Shown: positions 1-11,534 of the stretch, piece by piece
Layout: every line of letters starts with the position of its first letter
Numbering within the stretch: the first letter of the stretch is position 1
Assembly: GCA_020891255.1 (NCBI GenBank)
Contig: BQFW01000011.1
Location: 1,674,001-1,738,000 of the forward strand
Direction of reading: 5' to 3'
Origin: Entomortierella parvispora E1425
Taxonomy: Eukaryota; Fungi; Mortierellomycota
Length of the DNA: 64,000 nucleotides
Program-made: the position numbers and the translations under genes
The notes under the pieces: model-generated
The model's database searches: none
What the model was told of the DNA's origin: nothing
What the model saw: only the letters and a program-made list of their open reading frames with translations

Positions 1-1317
1 CGCGTTCCAGTCTGGCCAAAGAAGAAGTGTTGAGCCACTGGACATACTTTTTAAACCACTCCTGCAAAGAGGGAATCAGATCCGCAGGCCAAGAAGGGTC
101 CTGCTTGAGGTAATGCAGGGCATCAAAGACACTATTTTGTTTGTTCCCGATAAGAAGAAATCCCGAAGGTAAAATTAGCGTTCTTTCGTTCTATTGCTAT
201 TTTTATCCTTGCGCACCCGCCAGAAGTTTGAAAATGGGAAGCGAACACCAGAAAATGTCATGGGCACAAGATCACAGACACAAACACACAAAAAAACTTA
301 CCGGAAGATGGTGAACATGTCCAGCACGCCTGTACGCACACCAAGCTTCTTACCCTTCTGGAGAGAACCATAGTTGATGTTGGGGTTCATGTACGTCTCC
401 TCGTCCAAGAACCACTCGCGCAGACGAGAGGCACATTTCTGAGCATAGGCAGAATCGCCGGTGAAGTGATAGGCCATGCCCATCATGTGGACCTCACGGA
501 TCATGGTTCGCAAGAGACGGTAGTCCTCCACTGTCTCAATCTCGGGGTTGACAAAACCATCCCTGCGGATATAAGGCAACCCACTCTCAGTCTTCGATGG
601 CCAGTAATACTTGGACAGAGAAAGGTAATCGTGGATGTCGCCTGAAGGGGCAGTTTGGTTCTTGAGCGTCACAGAGTAGACCCTGGTCGACCTCATGGCC
701 AAGTCGGCCTCCTTGACAATCAGTGCCACAGCGTAATCGCGCTCACGACGGTTGGCTGAAAGCAACTCGGGGTACGTAGCAGGCGCTGCTAACCGGGCTT
801 TAGTGGCCTTGTCCAAAGGAGTCTCCTCTGTCTCGGTCTCCTCAGAATCGTCTTCAAAGGTGGCATCTCCCTCGTCATCGACAGTGACCGCATCTTCTCC
901 ACTTTTCTCCCCAGCTTCTTTGGGCTCTTCGTTTCCATAGACGACTCCCTTCTCCGCCTCCTCCTCGATCGGTGTGAGGTTGATTGGCTCTGGAAGTGGT
1001 TCTTTTTGTTCGCGGTGCTTGTTGTTGCTGTTGTTGTTGTTGTAAATGGCATTCCTGTCCTTAGGTACAGAATCACCATAAGGATCACTCTCTGGCCGCA
1101 ACTGAATGGGCCCCTTGCGCTGATGTTCGGGACCAGGGCCAAAGATGGTGGTGAGAGTGATGTAGACAAAGAGCAGACCACCAGCCCCGAGGATGACTTT
1201 ACGCAGGGTCCAGCGTCCAGCCGCAGCGTTACTGGAAGCGTCTCCTAGCATGGGCTTGTCCTTGAACTGTGAGTGGTGAGATGGTAGAACCGAGACTGAA
1301 CTGGGTCTCGCCTTCAT
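1..1317 (-). CDS. Alginate lyase family (PF05426, PL5/PL17-like) protein with N-terminal type II membrane anchor; 3' end lies outside the window
   Basis: Motifs GDIHDYLSLSKYYWP..GLPYIRRDGFVNPE and WFLDEETYMNPNINYG match the bacterial/fungal alginate_lyase domain. A GT-AG intron (301..132) joins in frame to VFDALHYLKQDPSWPADLIPSLQEWFKKYVQWLNTSSLARLER. TM segment VILGAGGLLFVYITLTTIF is followed by an acidic stalk. First ATG is 1317 (alternative 1251). Confidence 0.8.
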
Positions 1318-1508
1318 CGCGAATGTTTGTGTGGTGGATGGGAAGAATAAAGAGAAGGATGAGGTCAAGATGAGGTGCAGTCCCTGGTTGCCTCCAATAT
1401 GTGAGCCTCAGCCGTTGAAATGAATGCAGCACGTGGACAAAATCGCTTCCGTGACGTGGTAATTTTTTTTATTTTTTATTCTAACTATTTATGTACAATT
1501 TCTATTCT

Positions 1509-3565
1509 TCACCGGTTGTTTTTGCGCCGCTTGGCACGATTCTCTCCTCCTCCTCCAGCATTGCCACCACTAGAACCTGCCTCTCCTTTAGACCCGCCGC
1601 CTCGGTTCTTCTCCATCAAGCGACTGATACGCTGCCAGTCTCGGTCCAGCTTTTCGTCCTTGCTCAGACCCTTGTTTTTGCCTTCATCCCATTTGCCAGT
1701 CTTTCGACCTTCACTCATCTTCACGCCAAACTGGAAAGATGTCTTTGGGATAACCTCGACCGTATCCTTGTATCGATTGAAGCCCTCCTCCGTGTCAAAA
1801 TCGAAACGCCCCAGCTGTGCGCGTTTGTTCTTGTGCGTGCCCTTGTCAATAAGAATTGTCGACTGCCCTTCATCTTCGTCGTCATCCGAATCGTAAGCCG
1901 TGCTTCCTAGTCCTCGCCCGCTTGTACCGAGTCCATATGCAGAGTAATAATCCGCATCTTCATCCACGTCCATGCTGTCCAAAGTAGGCTTGCGACGTGG
2001 CAGAGCGTTTTCATTCAACGGTGTCGTGTACATGGAATTTGCAGCCGCAAGCTCCTCGCGGTCTTTACTCCTGTCTTGATCAGCCAATGCCTGGAATTGA
2101 ACCTCCTCTTCGTTGTCACTGTTTTCCTGCTCGCTATCTTCGTCAAAGTAGCCAGCCATGTCGCCATCCGATGGTCGCGAGGGACCAAGCACAGGGGCAT
2201 TTGGATCGACAGAGCTCTCATCAACATTTGGTGCTGCCTCACGTTCTCCATCCTCCTGATCGGCGTCACTGTCTTCGTCAAAGTAATTGCTCATATCAAC
2301 GTTGTCAGGTCTGGCAGGACCCACCATTGGCCCCTGATCTGCTGCATCCTCAGGGGCCGATGTAGCCGGAACATAGACAGGCTCAACGACATAGTCTGTC
2401 CCAGCGTCCGCAAAGATATCGTCCCCATCCAGATCCGGTTGTAATGGTGGTAAGGTATCTTCTGTCTGCATCCTGGACGCAGCGGCCCTAGCCGCAGCAG
2501 CAGCAGCAGCCTTCTTCTTCGCCTTCATCTCTGCCTCCTGTTCGCCCGCCTTTCGCTCTCCAGTCCGAATAGCTTGGAGGACATCCAGAACCTTTTTCAT
2601 GACCATGTCGTTCTCTGGATTCTCCACTTCGCCAGACTGATTCTGATCCACATCAGCTCTGCTCCGCACAACAGTCGTCGGTACCACAAAAGGATTATCG
2701 TCCTCGACAACACCTGCTTTTGATCTCTTGCTTTTGGAGGTTATTGGCACCTGAAAGACGAAAACGGTCCTGCCTGGAATGAACATCTCGTTCACTTTTG
2801 GTGGCTTCTTTCCTGCCTCCTCGATCGCGTACTTGTAAATACCGCTGGCGAGGATACTCTCCATCTCTGGTTTAGCCTCAATGACTATCGCCTCTGCAGC
2901 TTCTTCTTTTTTCGCCTTCTCCACTGTTTCAAAAACTGTATCCAAATCCATGGCCGCCTCAGCATCTGTGTCATCCTCTTGGCCTTCCTGACGGACTTTG
3001 TTGAGAAGGGCGAAATCAAGACCTTTGACCAAATGTGTGTGTTCCCGATCTCCTCCAAGGTATTTCGACTGCTCGTACAAAACCTCGGGAGCTACATCAG
3101 CCGCAGCCCCTTCCAATGTATTAAGAATTTGTTCCGTCTCAACATAGTCCGGGTTAACGCCTTGTCGACGTTCAGTCGCCCTGTCTCTGTATTTCGATCC
3201 AGCAGCCGCGGCCTCCTTGGCTGGATGTTTTTGAGATTGTTTCTTGTGCTTCCATTTGTTGGCACTGCTTTCAGAGGAGCGAGGTGTCTGTGGAACAGGG
3301 GCACGGGCTGTCCTGTTTGCCATGCCTAAAGCACGCATTCCCCCTCCTGTAAACGACCCGCCGATTCCTCCTGCTCCTCCGGGCGCAGCGCGTGGCGTGG
3401 CCAACAGTTTTCTGAAATCGTCCTGGCTCAACCTAAGAAAAGAATGAAAGCATGAGCAAGCTGGAGACATGCAATAGCTCTTCCTTCAGTCCACAAAGGA
3501 ACCTACCCTCCATCCTTCTTCTCGGCAGGGGGCTTGAAGTCTGGCGGTGGCATTGGGTTCGACAT
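1509..3565 (-). CDS. IK: RED/IK (Smu2/Beag) spliceosomal B-complex protein
   Basis: Exon 3565-3507 (MSNPMPPPDFKPPAEKKDGG), GT-AG intron 3506-3433, exon 3432-1509. RED_N motifs LSQDDFRKLLATPR, KYRDRATERRQG and SKYLGGDREHTHLVKGLDFALL; C-terminal FDFDTEE..Y....E..PK..FQFGVKM. Confidence 0.9.
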
Positions 3566-3787
3566 GGCTGGTTTTGCAAAGGGTTGAAGAGCAAGGGCCA
3601 GCCAGGCTTTTAAGGGGAACTTTATATATATCCAAAAAAAAAAAATGGACACGTCACCGTATCGAGGGTGGTCGCGCGCCCTTAAAAAAAAGAAAAAAAT
3701 CCAGCCTTGACCCACCACACTCAAAGGACCTGGCTGTGCGCTGATCGGATCACCGCTTCTTCATTCCCATCGCATCACTCCTCCAAC

Positions 3788-5883
3788 ATGAGCGACCAGA
3801 ACGACTCCAACACCTCCAAGCTCTCGGGATTGAGCCTCAACCCCAACGCTGGCACCTTCACTCCCCGCGTTGCTGCCAAGCCCTTCGTCCCTTCTTGGAT
3901 GCCCCAGCCTGCTGCTGCTGCTCCCCCAGCTCCCGCTGCCTCCTCAGGAATCGACTTCAACCGCCCTCCTCCTGCTGCGGTTCTGAACAAGACTCTTGAG
4001 ACCACCCCTGCCCCCGCACCTGCTTCCTCGGGAATCGACTTCAACCGCCCTCCCCCCAAGGCTGTTTTGAACAAGACTGTTGAGACTGCTGCTGCCCCTG
4101 CCCCCAAGCCTGTTGCTGCTGCCCCCGCTCCTGTTGCTAAGCCTGCTCCCAAACCTGCTGCTGTTGAGGCCCCCAAGAAGAAGGTTGAGGCACCAAAGGC
4201 TGCCCCCGCTGCCGCTGCCCCTGCCCCTGCCCCAGTTGAGGAGGAGGAGGATGCTGTTGATCAGGAGGTCCTGACCGAGTTCTTCGGAAAGGAGCACGTC
4301 AACGTCATTTTCATTGGACACGTCGATGCTGGAAAGTCCACCATGGGAGGTCGTATTCTGTACGTCTGGCTTCAATCTATTTATCTTTTAACGCGATCTC
4401 AAGGAGCATTGTGGCACTAAGATATTGACATTAACCCGCTAAATCTCCTTCTACGTCATATAGTGAAGCTTCGGGAATGATTGACAAGAGAACCTTGGAG
4501 AAGTACGAGAAGGATGCTAAGGAGGCTGGACGTGACTCCTGGTACTTGTCCTGGGCTTTGGATACCAACGCTGAGGAGCGTGCTAAGGTAAGCAGGATGG
4601 AAACAGATCTGGACTGGTGAAGGCTATAGATCGAGCAGCTTTTTTTTTTGACGCGTATTTATATTCTGTGATATAGGGCAAGACTGTCGAGTGTGGACGT
4701 GCTTACTTCGAGACCGATATCCGCCGTTATACCATTTTGGATGCCCCTGGACACAAGACCTATGTTCCCAGCATGATTGGAGGTGCCGCTCAGGCCGACT
4801 GCGCTGTTTTGGTTATCTCTGCCCGTAAGGGAGAGTTTGAGACTGGATTCGAAAACGGTGGACAGACCAGAGAGCATGCGCAGCTCGCCAAGAGCGGAGG
4901 AGTTAACAAGCTCATTGTTGTCATCAACAAGATGGATGACCCTACTGTCAACTGGTCCAAGGAGAGATACGACGAGTGTGTTGGAAAGCTTTCTCCTTTC
5001 TTGAAGGCTAATGGATACAACATGAAGACCGACGTCACCTTCATGCCCGTCTCTGGATACACTGGCGCTAACATCAAGAAGGGAATTGACCCCAAGGACT
5101 GCACATGGTACAAGGGACCTTCCCTGTTGGACTTCTTGGATGGGCTCAAGATTGCCGACCGCAACTTGTCTGCACCATTGCGCATGCCTATCAGTGAAAA
5201 GTACAAGGACATGGGTACCGTTGTTGTCGGAAAGATTGAGGCTGGTTCTATCAAGAAGGGTTCCCACCTCTTGATGATGCCCAACTCTGTCAAGGTCGAA
5301 GTCCAGGCTATCTTCAACGAGCTCGAGGAGGAGATTCCTGCTGCTGCTGTCGGTGATAACATTCGTCTCCGTCTTCGTGGAATTGAGGAGGAGGTAAGCA
5401 ATGGATTTTAAGGCGATTTCATACAAGGACAACCGAGATCGACAGTGACGGAGTGTATGAATAGCCGCTAATGCGTCATTGCTGTATTTGACCTTTTAGG
5501 ATATTATGATCGGATTCGTCTTGTGCAGTCCCAAGAACCCCATCAACGTTGTTACCAAGTTTGAGGCTGCTTTGGGAATTCTCGACCACAAGAACATTAT
5601 CTGCGCTGGATACACCGCTGTTCTCCACATTCATAACGCCATCGAGGAGATCAGCTTATCGGCTATGCTCCACTTGATTGACAAGAAGACTGGCCGCAAG
5701 ACCAAGAAGCCACCACAGTTCTTGAAGAAGGGCCAACAGGGTATTGTCATGATCGAGACCGCTGGACCTATTTGCGTGGAAACCTTTGCGGATGCTCCCC
5801 GTCTGGGCCGTTTCACCCTCCGTGACGAGGGACGCACTGTCGCCATTGGCAAGATCACCAAGCTCCACTTTGCCGAGGCTTAA
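3788..5883 (+). CDS. SUP35: Eukaryotic peptide chain release factor 3 (eRF3)
   Basis: Four exons (3788-4359, 4464-4587, 4677-5393, 5500-5883) splice in frame. G1 GHVDAGKST, G3 DAPGH, G4 NKMD, plus eRF3-typical WYLSWALDTNAEERAKGKTVE and GRFTLRDEGRTVAIGKI. Confidence 0.96.
3925..4100 (+). repeat. 84-bp (28-aa) tandem duplication in the eRF3 N-terminal domain
   Basis: tcctcaggaatcgacttcaaccgccctcc at 3941 recurs as tcctcgggaatcgacttcaaccgccctcc at 4025. Peptides: SSGIDFNRPPPAAVLNKTLET and SSGIDFNRPPPKAVLNKTVET. Confidence 0.9.
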
Positions 5884-6244
5884 ATAATGAGAAATATCGA
5901 ATAAAACAAACATAGATGGGTCAACCATACTCAAATCCGCCACGTGTAGCTCTCTCTCTCTACTGAATATTGTGGATACTGCATCTGTAGGATGGCCCGG
6001 TCGGTCGTCAACTCTTCAACGCACTGTTAAATTCGCGGGCCTTGACTCAGCCCAGAGGAATATAGCAGAGTCGCTCTAACATCACTGGTCAATGTATGAA
6101 CGTACCATCATCACTGACTAAAACTGAGAAGGACAAGGACTTTTTTTTTTTTTTCTTGTTTTTTTCATTCTGAACACGAAGTATTTGGAGTAGACAATGC
6201 GATATATAGCTATATACAGTCAACAAGGGCGCTGGCTACAGTAT

Positions 6245-8079
6245 TTACAAGACCGAAGGATCGACGGACACCCTTTCAATATTTTGGTACATCACCTCAG
6301 AGTAATTGGCGGCCTTGAAGTAACTCTTGTCGAATCTTTTCCCCAGTCCTTGCCATAGTCTAAAAAGATCATTTGCACCTTCCTGGCCGACTTTTCGAGA
6401 TCGGCCTTGAACTTGGGCTAGTTCACACCGACGAGCCTGTAGTCCTTCTTGACCCATTTGTCATCGACCATGACATGCAGGATATCACGGATCGAAGAAT
6501 GCAATACGATGGCGGCCACGGGATCGTAAAAGGCCGAGAATTGTGGGTTATCAGAGCTGAACGCGACAATATCAGCCTTGGCTCCGACCTTGATCACGCC
6601 GAGATCTGGCCGACGCAAAGTCAGACCACCGTTGCGTGCTGCCAACAAATATACCTGGTTGAGTAATAGAGGTGCTCTTGGTGTACTTGCTCATGTAATG
6701 GGCGGGAAGAGACTGGGTGGCATGCGTTGACCGGAGATGGAGACGCATCTCTGACACCATGTCTGATAAGATGGTGAAGGCGGTGTCTGTACCCAAGGTT
6801 CCCTGTCCCAGGAACATGGGCGTGAAAGTCTGTGGAAGCGAAAAGTGATGCTCCGATTCGGGAGTAATGGCAACGAATTGGTTGTTGTCGCGAAGGGCCT
6901 GGAAGTCGGCAGCATCAATGATGCCTCCGTGAGAGGAGATAATTGGGTAGGTGCTATTGAGAAGACCCCATTCATTGAGCTGATAAGTGGGCTTTGCCCG
7001 GTACCCGACCGCTGGATGTCCCAAAAAAAAAATGTTTAGCACTTGAAAGATGTCTCCAAGACATGGCTTGGGCTCTTCACGACATGACACACTCTTGCAT
7101 TGAAGGGGGTAACCGCAATCATGCATAGTCACTGCTGTCAAGTTCAACTCCCTAAGTAACCGGACAGGAAGAGATGAGTAATCCTCGAAGACTCGCGCCG
7201 TGCCTTGATAAATCAAGAAGAAAGGTACTTGAAAGGTACTTACTAGGCAAGGTTGAATCCATACTTGGCCTCCTCAGTGTCGCGTCCATACTCCCAGGCG
7301 AGAGCCAACTGGACTTTGCCGTCAGCATAGGGTCCCTTTTTGGCCATGTCCCTCAACTGTTTCCATGCCCAGCCATTTGGAGAAGTCATTCCCGAATAGT
7401 CACAATCGTACACGTTTTTCTTCACGACAGGCATTGGTGAATGAGCGTACCAACTCTGGCACTACTCTCGATGTGAGCCTTCAGCATGCTGGTACCGTGG
7501 GCAGGCGACAGGAGAGAATGAGCACGGTCAAGAACGGTTGTCACGCCACCATGCAGGACCGCAGCCATCGCCATCTTGGTAGAGATGTAAATGTCCTATG
7601 ATGAGAATTGTGAGGTCTACTTGCCCAGTTATGACCATTTGTACAAGTAGTCTACGAGACCGTCCAGATCGGGTGCCATGGTTTGCATGAGATGTTGCCA
7701 AGAATGCCTGTGTGTGTTGACGAAACCCGGCGAGATGATACTGCCTGTCGTGTTGACGACCTCAGTGCCAGAGAGGAACTTCGTGATAGATTTTCCGATC
7801 TGTGTTGATACGGTCGTTGACAATCAGGATATCTCCACCACGAATGATGTCGAATTCCTTCTTCTTGTCACCGTAGGCAACTATGGTTCCACCCTTGAGG
7901 AGGACGGGTGTAGAGTTGGTAGTCTGAGCGGAGATAGGGAGAGCGTAGGGGTCTGGAAGGTCAAGCTCTTCCAGATTGCCCTGAGTTGTCGTTGTAGAGA
8001 TGTGCAACGCGGTCGCGATGGAGAGCACTAACACGGCCATTCGGAGCGTACGACGCGACTTCTTTAGCAGAAAGATCAT
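6245..8079 (-). pseudogene. Secreted metal-dependent amidohydrolase (MTA/SAH-deaminase/SsnA-like) pseudogene
   Basis: Fragments in different frames join into one amidohydrolase: signal peptide, LLKGGTIV..GDILIVNDRI, IISPGFVNTHRHSWQ, GGVTTVLDRAH, LGTDT, RNGGLTLRRPDLGVIKVGAKADIV. Frameshifts at ~7806, ~7451, ~6663 and ~6340 leave no room for introns. In-frame stops at 7629-7631, 7617-7619, 7596-7598 and 6418-6420. Confidence 0.85.
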
Positions 8080-9152
8080 GGTGTTAACAGGGGCGCGTGA
8101 GTGAGGGTGAGATGTGGAAGAAAAGGGGAGTGCTTTGAGAGAATTGCAGATGCTCTGTCTTTCCTATGAGCATGTCTTTTATAGGATAGTGGATGAAAGT
8201 CGCGTCAGTTGGTCCTTCAAGCGAACACAAATGGTGTCCGCCGCATTGCGCTCCTGGTCGACAATGGCTTATGTTGATTCAGCAGTGCCCTGCAACCACC
8301 CTTCTTGGTTGGTCAAGGATCGACAAGCTTAACAATTGACGCGATTGAAACTAGGATGTGCAAATACCTGGTGAAAAAATTCCTAGAGAGCCAGACTCTC
8401 GGTACATGGAGAAGGGTGGATCGACACCATCCACATCGTGACTATTTTTTAGCGAATAACCCAGGCTCTATTTCCCGTCTCCAATTACTTCTTTTCCGGT
8501 CTTTGCTATGAGGGAAAAGCAGGAAGCTATCAATTGGGCTGAAACTCAATGACCACGGTTATCAAGGAGTGCCTGTTGGGGCCGAGGGATTAGCGCCTCG
8601 TGGCGCAAGACCTAGAATGTGTGGATGTTTGAATACATTTGTGCGGAGTCCACTGGTGCTTGACAGCAACAGAGCATGAGGGTGGAATAAACATTCAATT
8701 GCTTTCAAAAGGACATCGCCTCCTCTTTCCCGTTCAATCTACGAACATCCAGGGCCTCAAGGTGCAGGATTATTGGAGTGAGACTCGCATACAGGCATCT
8801 GAGAGCCACAGTCTCCAACCACCCTGCTAAGTCTCACGATTCTGCTGACGCGACCTGCCTTGTCCAACAAATCTATCTCTCTTTGCCATGTGGGAGTGAA
8901 GCAAGAGAAGCACGGAAGAATTGAAAGAAAAGGAGCGATGGATGAATTGTGCGTAGTAAGGTGTAGGAGTGGCAGAGCCGTAGGAGCTAGGACGGTAAAC
9001 ACGCGTTCCTCTGCCTTTTATTTAGTCAGTCTTCTTGGTGGACAGGTTATCTCTTCGTTGACGAGAAGTCGTTGGTGTGTTATCTGAACCTTCAATCCAA
9101 GGTGACAACGGTGGTCGTTTCTATCCCATATTACGACGTTGTATTATACGGT

Positions 9153-9187
9153 CACTACGGATGGTGCCTTCACTACGATGGTGCCTT
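9153..9187. repeat. Short tandem direct repeat (18/17 bp)
   Basis: CACTACGGATGGTGCCTT is immediately followed by CACTACGATGGTGCCTT, ~250 bp upstream of the 9436 ATG. Confidence 0.8.
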
Positions 9188-9435
9188 GCGGCGAATGAAC
9201 TACAGTATACGGTGGCCTTTCTGAATTTTGAAGTCAAGGAGAATAAGGATCCAGTTTGTATAACTGGCGGCGGAGCGGCTCTCCTGTACTGTACACTACG
9301 GGAGAAGACGAAGAGTATGAAGAAAGAAAGCAGCGTCGAGTTGTGTGGTCCGTGGAAACATGAAAATCAGGCAGAAAAAGAAGGCACGTCACGTATGGCT
9401 CTCAGTTGACAGCCGAAGCATGTCAACCTCGACTG

Positions 9436-11348
9436 ATGGATCCACATCTTTCAAGTCCACACTCGACCGCCTCGGGATACAACCACGACTTCATGAAGGA
9501 CGAGCTTGCAACTTCGGGACTTAGCTTCCCCACATCGCACAAGCGACATCACTCAAGGACCATCTCTCAGTCTCACTCATCACGCCAACAATCTCCGGCC
9601 TTGGACCTGATTCCTGCACCAACATCTACAGGAACTATCACTCTCACCACAACAACTACAGTCCTTGCTGACCTGTCGCGAAGGCCCCGAGAGTACATCA
9701 ATGTCGGCAAGTGAGAATCGCTTTTTCCTACAATCTGTTTTCAACTGTCCAGCATTGCTAATTTGGTGCTCGCATGCGTGTCAATGTCTTGAATTCAACA
9801 GCTCAACGAAAGGAGATGCGAAAGCATGGCGCGATCAAGGATTCCTCCTGTATGTTCTTTTGCACTCTTTTGAAAAGAATGACGACGATGGACTTGTAGA
9901 TGACAGATTGTGCATTCCGGACAGAATATTTATCACTGCATTTTGTGTTTTAGACTGGAACAAGCTGTTGATTGCAGCCCGCAAGAGCCGTGGACCCTAT
10001 CTCTGCCCGTCCACACGAACCTTTCATGTTGACCGCGCTTCAAAACTGTACTGGAGCGGCTACACTGAGGCGGACGCAGCCGAGTATGTTCTCAACCTTG
10101 CTGTTCTTTGAAGCGAGAATGATTTTTCTATATATTTTTTTTTTGACCAACCTTCTCGTCTCGTTGATTCCAGGCCAGAGACATCAATACCAGAGAAGGG
10201 CGAGAACCTGGACCAAGCTCAATCGGAATCTGAGAATGCTACTAGCGGCTTTGGAAACGAGTCAGCTGCCCAGGAGGGTGCCACGGCGACAGAAGATGCC
10301 TCAGCAGGTGGCGCAACGTCGACGTCTTCCTTGCCGACTTCTCAGAACATCAAGGAAGAGAATTCCACACCAGTAATAGGTGCGAGCCAGACTGGTACAT
10401 TGAATTCCAGCACCAACAGTTTGGCAAGCAGCACTCAAAGCGGGAAGAGCGCTAGTCAAGGAGACTTGATGTCACCCATGTTGAACCCGGCCCTCAACCG
10501 ACCGGGGCCCAATAGAGGCAATCCCCTCATGTCTCCTCCTTTGGCAGGAGCATCCTTTCCTGGACAAGCCTCGAACCATTCCCCATCGACCATGGCTCCA
10601 CAACAACAACAACAACAACAACAACAGCAATTGCAACAAGAACAGCTTCAGCAGCAGCAGCTTCAACAACAACAGCTTCAGCAACAACATTCACAACAGC
10701 AACAACAACAACCTCATGTCAACCCAGGGATGAATCCCCTTATGGGAGGACAAGCTGGAGGACCGCTGCCGTCGACAATGATGCCTGGTGGGTTTATCTC
10801 ACCTAGCTCGCTGATGCAGCCTATGCAAACAATGAACACGACACAAGCGATGCAAGCGGGAATGATGAATATGGGAGGGATGAATCCAGGATTCAGTAAT
10901 GGAGTTCAGATGCACCCTCAAATGATGCATCAGCTTCAGACGCAGCCACACGGCCAGGCACAACAACAGCAGTTATACGCTCAACAGCAGCAACAATTGA
11001 TGATGCAGCAGCAATTCCTCCAACAACAGCAGCAACAAGCCCAGCAGCAGCATCAGCAACAGGAGTTTCAGAGCCCACCTAGACCCAAAGGAAGACCTCG
11101 GTATGAGAACTGGTTAAAAGTGCAGGAATCAACCATAATTGTTGTCGGCCTAACATCGTTTTATCCAATTCTTTTTTTCTTCTCTTGACCTTACCCAATG
11201 TCTCTCCAGTCAAAGCAAAAACTCTCAAGTAGTACTAGGATCGCCAACGTTAAACCATATAAGAACGCCATCCGTTTCTTGGGCAGACCAGCAACAGCAA
11301 CAGCAACCCCCGCCACCACCACAACAACAGCAGCAACCGCAGTCATAG
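9436..11348 (+). CDS. Uncharacterised glutamine-rich nuclear-type protein; candidate SWI/SNF/RSC-associated subunit
   Basis: Five exons (9436-9706, 9802-9849, 9954-10083, 10174-~11100, ~11210-11348) give one frame if intron 1 uses a GC donor (GCAAGT at 9707). Compact core QRKEMRKHGAIKDSSYWNKLLIAARKSRGPYLCPSTRTFHV, then polyQ and M/G/N/P-rich tracts and an AT-hook-like RPKGRPR. Confidence 0.7.
10604..10710 (+). repeat. (CAA/CAG)n polyglutamine microsatellite
   Basis: Mixed caa/cag run encoding QQQQQQQQQQLQQEQLQQQQLQQQQLQQQHSQQQQQQ. Confidence 0.9.
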
Positions 11349-11534
11349 TCAGTATAGCGTCCAGTGGATCTCAATGTCTTTAATACCATCGAAGTCTTTC
11401 AAATCAACATTGGACCGATCAAGTGAATGAGGATATATGCTATATTAGAGGGGTGAACCTCGGTTACAAGTTCTAGCCCGGAGACATCCCTCCAGAGCAT
11501 GGGCACCTTTCCGATCCAAATTAAGGGTCCAGTG

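Noticed and set aside
6245-8079. RIP-like mutation or stop-codon reassignment as the explanation for the amidohydrolase stops
   Set aside because: Gln-to-stop and Trp-to-TAG changes are necessarily CpA transitions, so they do not diagnose RIP. Frameshifts are also present, and neighbouring genes use TAA/TAG as normal stops.
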